NCBI GenBank assembly: GCA_010909165.1
Contig: MU008162.1
Span: 620,001-684,000, forward strand
From: Anthoceros angustus
Taxonomy: Eukaryota > Plantae > Anthocerotophyta
Reading direction: 5' to 3'
DNA length: 64,000 nt
Of this stretch, positions 14,001 to 28,807 are shown one piece after another. Made by a program: the position numbers and the translations under genes. Below the pieces are notes generated by a model that was not told the origin of the DNA, ran no database searches, and worked only from the letters and a program-made list of their open reading frames with translations. Each line of letters opens with the position of its first letter. Positions within the stretch are counted from its first letter, which is position 1.

Positions 14001-14919
14001 TTCTCATGTTTATTAATGGGTTTCTAATTTTTACTAAGCTGAAAAGTATTTAGTAATGTTTTATTGAACTTGACATATAACTAGTAGCCAATATGACAGC
14101 TTGAGTATAGTTTAAGTGTTGAAGAAAAATACTTCTTTGTCAGAACGGTGACGGCGAAACTCGTCATAGCTCTCTTTCAAAGCATTCAAAGCTAAAACAA
14201 AAGAAAGAGGAGCTATAGTGGTCCCCCAACTAGTCGGTGACAACCCAGGAATAAGTTGAAGACCAGCTATAAGTAGAAAATAAAGATTTGCCATTCGGCA
14301 AAATTGTTGAAATAAATTGACAGGCAAGAAGGTTATTAAGGAATATCTTGACGTCTTCAAGTAATTACTACAAAATCTGCGAAAGTTATCAATCGGTTAA
14401 CAAACCGCAAGTTTCCAGTCCTGTGATTAGTAAAGCACTTTTTGTAGCATTATAAGACAATGTAGACTTAAACAAATATGTACTACTATCTAGGAAGTAG
14501 CTTTTTCTATACTACTCCATTAGATTAAACTAGTGTATCTTTTGTACTTACTCATATGCTTGGGCAGCATGTAGAGCACTTGTTTCTGTCACGTGAATTC
14601 GTACTGTTCGAAAGCTTTTCTTCTTGCCGCTATCGAAATCTGTAACCTATATTTTCATACAAAATATATTTTAATGATAGATCGGAATTTTGATTTTTGG
14701 ACCAAGCAATCCATAGATGTTAAGTACTCTATTGTGCGGCATTTGCTCTAGCTCAACTCCAAGTCTTGTATCCTGGTTTTCCACTTCAAATAGTTCTATA
14801 GGAATATCAGCTCTTTCCTGTTTCCGTGAATCCCTTCTCTTTCTTGCCTTTTTTATGTTAACTCCACATAAGTATCTTAATGACCCCGCCAAATGCTTCA
14901 CACATTTTGAAGTACAATC
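8020..14919 (-). CDS. P4-type ATPase (phospholipid flippase, ALA family), multi-exon; 5' end approximate
   Basis: Exons carry [91 protein letters not shown] and YAFYKN in collinear order. Confidence 0.95.
8157..8400 (-). repeat. 45-bp coding tandem repeat (about 5 copies of [14 protein letters not shown][PQ]) in the flippase C-terminal tail
   Basis: Visible in the DNA and in ORF 8020..9465. Confidence 0.9.
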
Positions 14920-15903
14920 CTACATATGTATGGAAAGGGAGAACACACCTCAAAACACTTCAAGACCAATAACTTCATGCTTCACTTTTTAGTAAGAATA
15001 ACATCTCCATATTACATTTAGTCTTGATCTTCATTATAGTGTATTTTACCATGGTAGACAAGAATCCAACAATCCAGCCTTTGCAATAATTTCTCCATAT
15101 ATGTTTTTAAGCACATAAATGTGATAGGTTATGTTGTTGTAAACATCAAATAGTCCCTTTTACCGAGTATTTTGATGAACATAATGGAATCAAAACAAGA
15201 TCCTTTTCACCTAAAAGAAGGAATCCTAGTTCTATCACAAAAGCTGAAAATTATTTCCAAAAAAGTCTCCATTCATAAACTAGATAAGATACATGTTATA
15301 ATCACTTCTACATACTATTCATAGCAACATATCAGCGGTCTAGCTTAGAGCTCACTGGAGTTACTATGTGTGGTATGTTTTTTGGTAAATTTCTAATATA
15401 AAGGTTAATAATAATTATATTTTAAATTCAATACTTAATTAAAAACATCTATTATGAATGGAACAATAGGTAACTTTAGGTAAGGGTTTAGTCGCTCTTT
15501 TTCTCCTTGATCCACGAGGTTGATCTTCATTGTCCCGTGCGTGCTGCATGGGTTTTTCCTCATTATTTTTTTCCTCAATAAAACAAAATTTCTTATGAAT
15601 GGTAGGTAATAATATGCTTGATGTTCAGAGTAGATATTTGTGGACCTAATCCCTCTTGGCTTGAGGCCCTCTAGAGGTGTTTCCTCATGCATCTCTAAAT
15701 ATTTATTCTAGAAGTGTTTCTCATGCATCTCTAAATATTTATAAAGTCTCCATGGTTACTTTATAACAATGTGCTTCGTGTTGAGTACCCCTAATAGACA
15801 GTTACTGAAATACCTAGCTGGTTGGTCACTTCTCGGTAGCGACCTCTGAGGCTTAGGTTTGGTCTATATATGTATGTGCCTGCAGATAGTCTTGTCATCG
15901 TAG

Positions 15904-16400
<497 letters not shown>

Positions 16401-17526
16401 AGATGGAATTATGTCTCGCTGCTGTGCTGTAAAACTAGGGTTTGCCTCAGGGTTCTGTGCTCCAGCTTCATGACGGGGTTCTTTCTGCCGTATACTTGGG
16501 TCTGTGACGTTGTAACATGGGAGTCTTAGCATGGATCGGAGCAGCAGCTCCATGGGATTCCTGTTGTTTAGAGGAAGATGGGGAGCTGTCCAATTCAGTG
16601 TTACGGGAATGGAAAAATTTGAACTAGTGGCATAGATGCCCCTTTGCGGGCTAGTTTGTTTACAAATTTTGCTAGCCTAATCAGAAGGAGAGCTCTGGGC
16701 TCTCTTAACGGGCGTTTGTGTCTCGTTATTCTCTTCATTAATGTTTTTCTAGCACAAAATTGTGTGTGATGCATAGAGTGCCGCCGTTGTAACTTGAAGA
16801 TTGAGGACAGCTCGGAGGATTGTGGTCTTAGAGACGTGCATGTGTGATGTGCTTGGAGATGGTGACCACTGTCCTGGGTGCAGTTCTCGTTGTATGAGGT
16901 TGCTTGACGTGGATACTGATCGCCATTTGCCTGTACTGTGGGATACTCTACTTTGATGTCGTTGTATGAGGTGAGGTTGGGTCATGGATATCGATCAGCG
17001 TTTGTGCTGTCAGGACGGCCGGTTGTGCAGTCTGCCAAGCTAGGCTTGGAGGAGTAGGTCTTCTACTGCCTCAACCATCCGTTTGCATGTGACTTGTAAG
17101 GTCTTGTTTTTGCCACTTCTTGGTTCCTTTTGTGGTGCTTTGTATGGTGGATGCCGAGTCTGTTGTCATTGTCCTAATTCTTGGTGGGACGTATTGGGAG
17201 CGTACCTGCTGTAAATATGGACAGAAAGCAATTGCTTCTATGCCTGTGGTGATCTTTAGATGGGTGGCATCTGAGCCTGTGACACCCACAAAGGTCCTCC
17301 ACACACAGTCGTGTTTCTTTCCTGAAGTGACTGAGAGTGTGACTTCTGTCGTCGGGTATGATACCTGGTTATGACGGTTGGATATGATTGTTGAACGTGT
17401 TGGTTATGACATGATATACTTGGTTATGACAATTTGACACGATTGTTGATTGCGTTGGCCTACTGGCAAGCCTCCAATTCTTCTCCTCTACCCTGGATTC
17501 CGTTTGAAGAGCTGCCTTTCCTTTCC

Positions 17527-19955
17527 CTATTGTTTCAGTTCCGCACCAGCATTGCTGGCCTCTGTGCAGGATTTCGCAGCGTCGTGGGTATCCTCCACGT
17601 AAGGAAGGAAGGGAGCAGACTTCAACAACACTACCAGGTCTTTGAATCTGAACCAGCTCCTTTTCCTAGCCTTGTTATTAGCTGGCCCATGACTCAACTG
17701 CGACGGCAGCCTGATAGCCCGATCGGAGTTATCCGGCAAGCCCCTGTGCCTCCCTACGAACATAACAACCACTATGACTACCTTGTTCAAGGCCCTCCAT
17801 TTGCCGGAGAAACTGTACTCAACGTCTGTGCAGGGGGATGCAACCAGAGAAGTCCTTCTGTCGCAACTGTACCCAACCGACAGTCCCACATTCGAATACG
17901 CACTGCACAGATTAAGCCATGTGTTAATCACCCATCCTGCTTCTGCTTGAGCCTGACTGCAAAAACGCGCATTGAGAAGCAGGAGGAGACGGCGATTCAC
18001 CTTATCACCTCGAACATGATGTTGAACATGGAAAAATTAACAGGATCTTCCTCCATCCGCCGATTATCCACCAGGCAGACGAGAAACACAGAAATGAAGA
18101 GGAAAACCGAATCCCGAGCAACCAGGCGACGTGAAACCAGAACTAGGTTGCTGTCGGGGCAGGCCTCAGCCTCCCAAGCGTGGCCATCTTGCAACAAGCT
18201 GGCGTGCGAATTCCCGTGAGACGACTCGTCCGAGCTCGTACTCTCCCGAAAGATGAAGAGAGGGTACGCTGCGAGGTACCTGCAGAATGACGCCGGGCGG
18301 GGAGGGAAGCGAGAAAGAGGCGAGTCATATTCCCGTGATTTGAAGGCCCAGCGAGCAGCGCAAAGGCGCGAGGAAAAGGCCAGCTTACTCACATCATGCC
18401 AAGGTACAAGACCAGCATGGGAGGCGTGAGGTCGACGAGATCCACAACATTCATGCCTGCAGTTCGTGAGTTCAGCGACTGGAACGCCCCCGCCAGAAGC
18501 TTGTCTCCCGCCGAATCATCCTGGTCGAATGCCTGCAACCACGAGCCACAAACACGGTATTGTACAACAACACGGAACGTGGTAGAAAGATGATGTCCAC
18601 ATGGGTGGAAAGATGATGTTGTCTCCGACCTTGGATCTCCACTCCAGTAAGCAGAAGACGCAGATCTCCAAAGCATTGAAGCTCGTCACTGTGATGACGA
18701 GCCACACGGTTTCTCGAAGGGGGAAGAGATGCGTGTAGCAGTCCCGGGGATGCTCTAGCAGGTACTGGTAGACGTCCTTGGCGGATCCCTTTGCCCATTG
18801 GTGATGCAGGGAGATGAGCAGCCTTAGAGCCGGGGGGAACATGGTGTTGCCCAGCAGGATGAGCAAGCCGTAGGTGATGAGGAGGAAGGAGCCAGATGTC
18901 TGCAACGGCACCATGGAGTCCTCCAAGAGGGAGAACCCGCCATTGGTGAATGCCGATGCCGAAGAGAAGACAGAAAAGGCTGTTGGGTGCACGCGGTTGT
19001 CCTCCTCCACGATCCTGTACACCGCACGGGCATTCCACACGCACAGCTGCACCACCGCGAATCCCAGCACCTGTACTCCCACGAAGTAGAAAGGCACCAG
19101 CCATCCCAGCGTGGTGAGCGCTCGGTGCTCCAGATGCTGCCTTGCGCATGCGGAATCGGACGGGTACTCGGAGCCCGGCAAGGTGTGCCCGGAGCCGGTG
19201 GAGCAATCGTGGTTGCGCTTGCCTCCTTCCAGGGCTCGGAGAACTTCCATGGTGATCGCCACGTGCTCCTGCTTCCATGCTCGTGCAGCATCCGCGGGCT
19301 CGGGGTCCTGGTTCGTGTTGTCTTGCGGAAGTGAATCTCTGACGTGTTTGATGCCTTCGTCGTTGGAATTCGAAAGCGGTGGCGAGGCGGGGATTCCGTG
19401 AGAATCGGTGGGCGATATTTGATCTTTCCGGGAAGCCTCCTTGGGACGGTGGCATCGGCAGTCCCGGAGCACGGCGCTGAGGTAGGACCGTCGGACGTAG
19501 AGAGGAACCAGGGAGGCGACGATGTGGCTGCCCAGAAGCATGGCGAGCACAATCACGAACTGATCGAACACGGAGAAGGCCCGGATGTCGATGCTCATCA
19601 ACCCCGTCACGCACACAGCTGATGTTGCGTTATACAGAGCATCCACGAACGAGATGCTGGCCTGTTTCGGAGACAGCCACAATGCAAAGGTTGCGAGCAC
19701 GATGAGAAACGCAAAGCACGCTGCATGGAGGGAGTGAAAGTGTATTCCCCTTTTCACCCATTTCGCTGCGGATGCCCTGGTGGGTCGGAGCGCCATGATC
19801 CATTTACCCAGCCAGCGCGCTCCCGCTGAGACCCTGCTCTCCGGGTGGTCGGGCTGTGGCAGAGCCGAGTTCTTGGAGGACGTTGATGATGGTGCAGAAG
19901 ACGTGGTCTCAGCCTTGCGCGCAGAAGCATCCCTCGTTGCTGGAGACAACGCCAT
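17527..19955 (-). CDS. HKT: Trk/HKT-family cation transporter, 4 exons
   Basis: Pore-loop motifs SAVCVTGL, SAFTNGGF, NSRTAGM and SAYSNVGLSVGY, plus LLGNTMFPPALR and GRHRGLP; GT-AG introns join the ORF fragments. Confidence 0.92.
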
Positions 19956-21965
19956 CTGGAGACGCACTCAAGGTCTACAAGGTAGCAGCAGCCGCCCAGT
20001 AAACCTCATGTGCCCGTTTGTGCAATCCGGAGTCACCATGAGATCACTTTTCACAACCACTTTCTTCTGACAACACTGTGACAGAGCGGCCATCGCATAA
20101 TTCTAGCAGTTAAGCGGGAATCGGGATGAGCTGCGGGAGGGGGAGGAGGAGGGCAGTAGTATGATGCTACCGTTCTTGCTCCAAGCCCATCCTGCATTTG
20201 AAAGAAAGGAAGAGGCTGGGGATTGAGACTGCTCTCTCTCATACACACACATGTGGCTGCCTGGCACAAGTGGCGTGAAAGCAAGAACCCTGTTACACAC
20301 TGCAGCCAGGTGCTAGACAAATCCGATCGTGTTACCTATCTTGTTCCCCGGGACCTGAACTGGTTGTAACTTGCTTCTAAGCATGCACTTCCAGTGTGTA
20401 CTACGACCAGGTAGATAGATGGCAGCTCCGAGACGGCCCTGCTGCAGTGAGTCGTATCAGACGGTGGCAGAGAGAGAGGCCATGTGACAATCAGTCACAT
20501 CCCCGGACTAGACACGGTGACCCGGTGTGGAGTCGTGTTCAATCCACTGGAGAGGAGAGGGCTGGGAGGGGAGATCACGAGGGCAGTCCTGTGGTGGTCA
20601 ATGGGTGGATGATTCACATCGTAGAGTCCGTTGTAAACGACAATTCTTCTTTGAAACACAAGCAGAATGAACTTCCACCGAGAAAGATGCCGGGAGTACT
20701 ACTGTCCGATGCCAAGACCTAATTCGGCACTCAAGGACTGCAGACTCGGCCTCTGCTTTTGGGTACAATATGGCGGATTGGACAGCACAGCTTCCCACCC
20801 GGGCAGCAACCTGACGAATGTCAGCTTAAGCTCGCGGGTGAGGCAGGAGAGTGAATTTGCTGCCGGACAATTCCACGTCCGAGTTTCCACTTGGTAGCCA
20901 TAGCACCCTACTGGTACTGTAGCTGAGCATTGGACAAGAGGGGGCAGTGAGGGTTAGCACTATTTCCAGGGACCAGCTAACGGGAGCCCAGCTGGACATG
21001 CCAAGGAATGAAAGGGCATAACAGATCAAAGGTTCTCCTGGTCAGGCTTTTCATGTCCGCCATCCTTTGCCCTTCCCATACTCTGTTTGGTTGACTGCTA
21101 AAGGAGAGGGCAAGACAGAGCCAGCATGCAAGGTGCATGCTCAAACTCTCCGGACCCACCTGAATAACAGTGGAGCTGTTCTCTGTGTGCCAGTCAGTTC
21201 CCACACGTGAGCAGCAAACAATACTTCGGAGCAGGTTCCAAGGCAGATACTACCAGCGCATTCCTTCTGATCAACAGTGTAAACAGACCACATTTCTACG
21301 GGTACACGGGCTTAAACGAAGCATCTCAAGCTGCACAGATACAAGCTGGTGGAGATCACAACAAGTCTCAGGGCAAGTGAAGCCAATAAGAAGAACAAAC
21401 ACAGGTCAATCGAGATTTTGCTTGTTAGGACACATCATGTACAAAATAGTTTGCTGAGCTTCAAAGGTCGAGAATGTTTGACGCTTCACGAGAACTTTCT
21501 TGCTTTCACCCAAGTGTAAGAACCAACATTAGCATACGCCATTGAGCCAAACACGCCCGTGAACACACTTCTGGCCTCGGCTGAGCTTGATCTGAGCATG
21601 CATTTGCCCCATACTGAGGACAAGCCCTTGACGAAGTTCTCTTACAGCTAGCTATCTTCTCCTACAGCTAGCTATGTACTCAACAGCTTCACGTCAAATG
21701 ACACTAGTTAGACCTCCAGGCCCAAGTAGGCATGCCTGGAAAATAATTGGCTTTATTGGTGGGGCATTGCACCCCCCTAATTCGGGCAGCATGTACTAGC
21801 AAAATTTAAAGTAGAGGTAACCGTGTCCCTTGCACGGGATGGACAAATCCAACCAAAGATATGCCCATTGTAAGTATGGCCCTCTTCCACAACCTGCAGA
21901 TTGAATCAATCAGTTGGAATGAAATGAACTACAATTCTCTTCTTTATGATACAGTTGCAAAAAAA

Positions 21966-24900
21966 TCATGCATGTGTCAGGATTGAATTTGTCAGCAAGG
22001 AGGGAGAACTCGTAGCAACTTTGCGTAGCTGTTGGAGAGCTGATTGCAAGGTTATCTGTACAGACTCAGCTACAGTCCTTAATCTGCAACGGCCCTGTTC
22101 CTGCCCACCACCACCTCCTGAGGTTTCGACTGCCCTACCTACTCTCTCTCTGCACCGCTCCCAATCCTCTGGCCGCGACCAGCATGCACCCCCACCGTGA
22201 CTGCCATCCATGCTCAGCAGAGAGACCCTGCACGTGTCACCAAAAGCATATCTTAACCTCACAGCCACACACAGCGGCAACCAGCTCGCCCCTCCAGCCT
22301 GGCTCATTGGGAAGGGAAGGCTGGTCACATCAAAGTGGACCGTTAATGTGAAATCGACTTGACGCAGCTGGGGCTTGTACAGAATGCTACTCTTTGCTAT
22401 GCCTGTGCCTACAGCAGGCGTACTTCCAGGTTCCTGTGCCCCACCATCTGGTGATTGACCTTGCCTGCTCTCCAAGCAAAGCTCAACTCTCGGTTTTGGG
22501 ACTGGAGAGCTGTCAATGCCCTGGCTCTGCAAAGCTAGTTGACATTCTTTTTCCCAAGAAATCAGACCAAGAAACTCCCTAACAACAGGTATGGGTAATG
22601 TCAGCATAGTGACAAAGGATGCCATACGAGACGCCTCATATGGCTCAGACGCCACACGCCGCTGGAAGAACTCACTGATTTCAGCAAGCTCTGCTGAGGT
22701 GTACTCCAAATCAGGCCCACTGGTCTGCGCTTGCTGTTTCTGCTGAAGCTGTTGTTGCTGATGGTACCGGGTCCAATTAACCACTTGGAGAATCAGTTTG
22801 TCCCTGTGCATGCTTGCCGCAAATACATAGTTCCTGGTACAAAAAGCACCTCACAGAAGCTCAGTTGCTGCACCAAAACAAGGTCTCAAATCTACTAGGT
22901 AGCTGCAGGAGAACTTGGTTTGAATCTAGAGCTGAGAACATGCGCCACAGAACTTAGACATGACCTTCAATGGTCCACATGCACCAAGGTTTAAGGGAAA
23001 CAGATGTTGACGTACCCAATGAAGAACCTAAGTGCGGGTTGCTCAAGATCAATGCTTTGAAGGGCTCCCTCATTCTGGGACAAAATTGAACCCAAAACTT
23101 CCCGTAAAATACCGGGGAACTGTGCAAATAGCCACAAGACTCCAAAATATCTCAATGTGCTCCGGAGAACCTTCTTCAATGCAGGCAGTGGCACCCAAGC
23201 CCCTCCATATCCGCCATCATCTCCCATACCCAAAATTGTGGTATTCAACTCACTCCTAGAACCATGTTGGACTCCCAAACTAGACCCAGAAGAAACTCCT
23301 CGGCTTGGCGCGATCATAATAGGTCCAGAACCAGAACCTGGCACTGCCATGCGAGTGGAAACTGGAGGAAGCGTTGTTCGGGAACTACCACCTGGGCCAG
23401 GAGTCCAATTCGAGGATCCAGAAGGAGGAGCAGATGTAATAGATGCCGGACTTTGACCAGTTGGCACTTCAGCACTGCTCATACTTGCCGCAACGAGCTC
23501 AGTCACAAATGGACGAAACTGTGGGCAGGGCAGGGAGCCACCAATGGAGGGTCCACCACTTCTAGGAGGAGGAGATGGCTGCAGCCAGACGTGATCCCCA
23601 GCAAAACACCGCATATCTACTGAAAATTGCTTCCTGTATATGACTCGCACCCAAAACCTGTGACGCATTATAATAACCACGTCAGTTGGCAGGAGAGAGT
23701 TTGGCACCGGCCCAGGAACTGTCCCTCTGCCTGGACCAGATGGGACACTTGCAACATGGAAAGCCGCTGATGACATGGATTGGGAGGGTGGTGGCCTTGT
23801 CTGACCTAATCCAGCTGGTGTGTTAGATAGAGCACCTACTGAACTTACGGCCTTTGTGCTAGTTCCTGAATGCATGCTTGCTGATGGCACAGACCCAGGG
23901 CTTGCACTGCCTGCACGAGCATTTCCAGCAGGCCGTATTGCTGCAACAAGAGCATATAGTGGACCTGCCATTTTTTCAATGACAGACAGTAGCATATTCA
24001 CTTCCCCTCCATTGATGCAGTCTTCTAGATACTGCACCCAAGACTGTCAACCAGAGAGTGAGAAAACAGCACAACCGTCTATTGATTTCCAGAAACGTAA
24101 GACATTGCCAAGGCACGAAAGCTGACCTTCGTATGGGGCCAAAGTTGATCTGGTGAGACATGAACTGTGCAGGTCCCATTGCCTGATCCCCATTCCACAA
24201 GGAACCGAATTGTCACTCCAGGAATAGAGCCAGTGAAGATGAACCACACGCTCAACGGGCCAACTGCCACCACCCGAAATGACCTTGTCATAACTTCCCA
24301 CCGTTTTTCACCCCCTTCATGATTCACATTTTGTAAGGTGTTATCCATGTTTTCGTTAACAGCATCCACGCTTTCTGGTCGACACTGTAATATTCTTTGC
24401 AATCCTAAAACAAATGCACGAGCTTTCCATAGTCGCACTAGGTCTCCTACTAACCGCTTCACACTATCATCTTCTACACAGTCATAACAGAGGACCAAGC
24501 CCCTAGGAGACAGCTTGATGTGAGAATCCGACTCTGATAAGAGAGCCATCTCAACCCCTTCACCCCAAGGATTCCCTGCAGTTCTTTGTTGTAGGTCCAA
24601 TAAACCCTTGTAGTAAGTGTCACCTATCAGAACTTGCCAGCAATCACTTCCTAGCTTGTCCAGCTGTAATACCAATCTCTCCCAGCCGCTGTTGTCAATG
24701 TTTGGTGGTGGACAAGAAATGACGTTTTGAGAAAGTTTTAAAAGAAGCTCCCTGAAACGGCTCATTGGTTCCCCTGCTCTCTCGCTGAAAGTTATCCCCA
24801 AACCATCCAATTGCCTGGTAAGGCGGGCATGCTTCATACACAGCCTGCACTTCCTCACAACCTGTACAAGCGCAGCCCTGTACGACGCCACAGGCGCTCT

Positions 24901-27900
24901 TCCTTCATTAGCTGCCCCAACTGCAGACATGTATGATTGGCCTACATAAGATTCCAAGTTAGGAGAGCTATGGCCACCAGCCAACAAACCCATTACGGTC
25001 TGATTACCATCCTCACCAACCTTCCTTCTCTTTAACCTTCCGGAAGTCTCAAATGGTTCTTGCAATGGAGGTAGATGGTACGGAAACTCTGGGCCACCTC
25101 GCTTTCGTTTGTTGGAGTCTAGAGGAAAGCTAGGCCTGGTAACATTAGTACGAGGCTGCATCAACTGACTTGTGGAGGAAGGAACCCCGGGCTGCAGCAT
25201 GGAGGGGGAAGATATAGAGGGAGACAATTGAGTTAGCATAGCAGCATCATCCACTTCCATCCACTCACTACTGCCTCTGACCTCTGCAACAGCAGAATCA
25301 AGAACCGAGGGTGTCTTCAGTGGAGATGCAAACCTTGCCTGCATAATATTCTTTTGCTGATTAGGGTTAAGTCGAGATTGCACTCGAACGTGTCTAGAGC
25401 AGTTGAACGGGCCATTTTCCCCTGCTGTTAAAGAATTAGAGCTACCCAGAAGACCAGAACTAGGTTTGGTAGAAATGGACTCAATCACATCATCGAGATG
25501 TATTGGAGAAGCAGAAGTGTCCCCAATAGTCCTGGGCGACCTTACCAGGCTTGAATCCTGGTCACCCTGGTGAGAACGATGCTTTGGAGAACCCCTGGGA
25601 CTAGCAATGGATGCAGTGCCCATATTTGATGTCCCATTGAGCAGACCAAAAACAGACCATCCAAGCTTATGACTGCCAGAGAGCCTACCACCTACATTTC
25701 CCTGGACGGAGGCAGCATTTGTCCCATTCAGTGAGTGGGTGATCGTACTGGTGACCTTTTGATGATCAACCTGGTCCACGATTGCCATATCTTTAGTGGA
25801 CGAGGTGCCATTTGTTCTCATTGTCAATGCAGATGAAATCTGCAATCTGTCAAGCAAACGACCCAAACCTGCTTTGAATTTTCCATTTCTTCCTGTCAGT
25901 TGACTTTCGCTCTCTGCTCTTCCCAAACCCACAAGCTTCTCATCCGCCCCCTTGCATGCCTGGATGCTCCTCAGCAGATCGGAAGACAGCTTATGTTCTC
26001 CTTCCAACCTGCCCTGATCCAGAAAACTTAGGTTACCAATGTCCTCAGCTACCCTTATGGCTCCAGCATCAATGCTCTGCGCCTTCGTAATATTGACAGG
26101 TCCAGAGCGAAGACAGGAGGATGAGTCTGAAAATGATCGGGGGTCAGCTTCTAAAAGCTTGAATACAGGCATAAAATTGCCGTCCAGCTGCAAAAACAGG
26201 AAGAAGTTCCCTCCACAGTTCGGGAAGCCCATAAAGAGCATATCAGTAGTGGGCTTGGATAATCCTTCAGGGAGTCTTATGGCACTGACTTCCCTTTCGT
26301 ACAGCTGCATAGACAAATATGGAAAAGGAAAGGACAGGTGAGGCTGACACAGTCCAGAAGTACCAACAACCTAATAGTAAACAGCAAAACAAACGTCGTA
26401 CTTTCAGGTTTAAAGCAGTTGCATTTGAGGCAAACAATTGAAGAAGGCTCTTGCTCCGAAGACTTATAAACACATCAACCGGTGTTGTTAGTCCATGGTT
26501 CAGTGCCTCTTCCACCTCGGCGACAACAGATTGCCGTAGCAGTGAACTAGGAGCATGCAACAAGAACCTTCCATTCCTGCAGCCAAGGTAATAAGAGTGA
26601 GATACAAGTTATCCAAGAACAGAACTACCCGACACTGAGAGAGCTTCACACCATCCCAGCACATTTTTTTCACCCAGTCTGAATCTGAGCTACGTTCCAT
26701 CATGTAACCAAGCCTTTAAAAGGACGTTTCTGTACCTCGAGTGTTCAGAAGAAGATGTTACAATATCTTAACTTCTACCACCTATAAGCAAAGAACACTT
26801 CCTAAGGGATCCTGCTATGCAAGCAGCAGTAAAAACTGCCAAGCATCACTTATGCACATCAACGGTGAGCATGTGCTCGCAGTCAAAAGCTAGACAGAGC
26901 CATGACTCTGGAGTCTCAGGCAGCCACCAGTCCTGAAGGATAAACCCTTTGTAGTAGAGAGGAAAGCTAGCTGTACCTTATGCTGATGCCAAGAGCCATA
27001 TATGATTGCCCATAAGCCCGCACACATAAAACCTCCTCTCCTATATCAGTCCTAGAGCCAGATGGACTACACTCCTAGCAAAAGCGAGATGCAGCAAAGG
27101 TTAGGCAGCTTTTCAAACAAGAATTAAAATCTAATCATCCAACAGAGCGCCCTCTGCTTCAGAGACACTTCGGACACACTGCAGTTTAGCAACAGCTCTA
27201 AGTTTCAAACACACCTCAGCAGGTGATGCAGAACTGACTGCTCCACCTGAAACAGATGAAAGAGAGTTATCGCCAACACCCACAGAACAAGAGGGCTTCA
27301 GAATCACATCGCTCTCCACTCTCCAAAGTTGAGGGCAACTTCTGAAGCTTTTGAGGGCTTCCAAGAGCCTTGAGTGGATATTGCACGTGATTGCTTTTAG
27401 CAACAACTGCTCCAAATCTATACAACTCTGATCAAGTACAAACTTTGCCTCCATCTCTGTGTCCGGGTCAATCACACTTGGTTGGTGTAAACATGAAATG
27501 TGCTGATTTAGACCGGGCTCAATTCTAAGAGATGGAGCTGAGCTCATATCACCACCAACTGAGGCCTTGCTTTGATCCAACCAGTACCAAATTCTCAGCC
27601 CTGATAAGCCACGGGGTTTAAGCGACAGTTCAGCCTCAGTATCATTTTGCGACCGTAGCCCTTGACTTGAATTCTGCTGAATGCTCATAGGTTGTACACC
27701 TGTTGTGCTATCAGGAATCACCTCAAACCGAATGGCATCCTTCCATCTCCCTTGTCGCAACGAACGAACCTGCCTGAAAAGGGTGTCTATAGAGATGGAG
27801 AGACAAATTTCATGCAGAATAGAGTAAAGCAGCCTGAGAGGATCCTCCGAAGCAGCCATGCGGCGTTCCAGTTCCTCTCTAAGTGCATATTCTTGCAAGG

Positions 27901-28807
27901 TACTGAGCTTAGCTGTCCCAGTCCTCTCACCCACTAAAAGCTTTAACACCAGCACTCTCCAAAGAGACAAGTTGCCCTGGTACCCCACAGTCAGATGCAC
28001 CTCAAATTCTCCATCGACTTGAAAGAGCACCCGGCCATCTTGCACCTTGACAGATGAGAACTCCGGTGGGAGATCAACATCCAACAGCCTTGAACGGAGC
28101 ACTGTGTCCAATTTCTCCAGTGTTTCCTCCCTTTCGTCCCCAACCAACAGCGACTGCCCCCCCAACTCTTCAATGCATTTCGGCAGGCGGTTGTAACCCC
28201 CAGTAAGCAGCACCTCAGCTGCAGTAGGAATATCATAGACAGGGGCACGCGCTTGCTGCAAACTCTCATGGAGGAAAAACAATGAGTCCGCAGCCTGAGT
28301 AAAGCTCGTGTCATGGTGAGAAAGCGTTCCTACAACCTGCTGACAGCGTTCCACCAACGGCATCTGCAGGCAGCACAGGAAAACAAGTAGTGAACATCCT
28401 AGTTGCTCGTCCCCCAATCACCTAACACGAACTAGTTGCGACGACTTCGAACAACCAACTTTGGCAGCGGTGGACATGTCTGGATTAAACAACCAAAGGG
28501 TAGGGCAGGGAGTTGCAAGCCGTGCCATTGCAGCTCAGTGAGGAGGGAATTTTCGCCAGGTGAAATGCGAGGGGAGAACCCAGCTAACCTGCCGGCACCA
28601 TTGCCCGAGAACCGCCAGCCGAAGCAGACGCTGCTTCGTTTTGAAAACATACTTGAGCAGCGAAATCTTCCTTTCCGCGTCTGTCTGATCGGTGGGACTG
28701 TCCACAAATTGCTGCAAGCCGGCGCGGGCATCGTGCGCAGCCCTGTTCACCAGCTCCGCGAAGCTAAACGTCTGCGGCCCGGGAGGGAATGCTGCCACAT
28801 CCCCCAT
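21966..28807 (-). CDS. MED14: Mediator subunit 14 (STRUWWELPETER-like), multi-exon
   Basis: KISLLKYVFKTKQRLLRLAVLGQWCRQ, FTQAADSLFFLHESLQQARAPVYDIPTAAEVLLTG, and plant MED14 C-terminal blocks (GGSLPCPQFRPF, GDDGGYGGAWVP, GSHGGGACW). Confidence 0.93.

Noticed and set aside
18472-19614. Long alternative-frame ORFs (380 aa and 242 aa)
   Set aside because: They overlap the HKT exon in other frames; explained by high GC.
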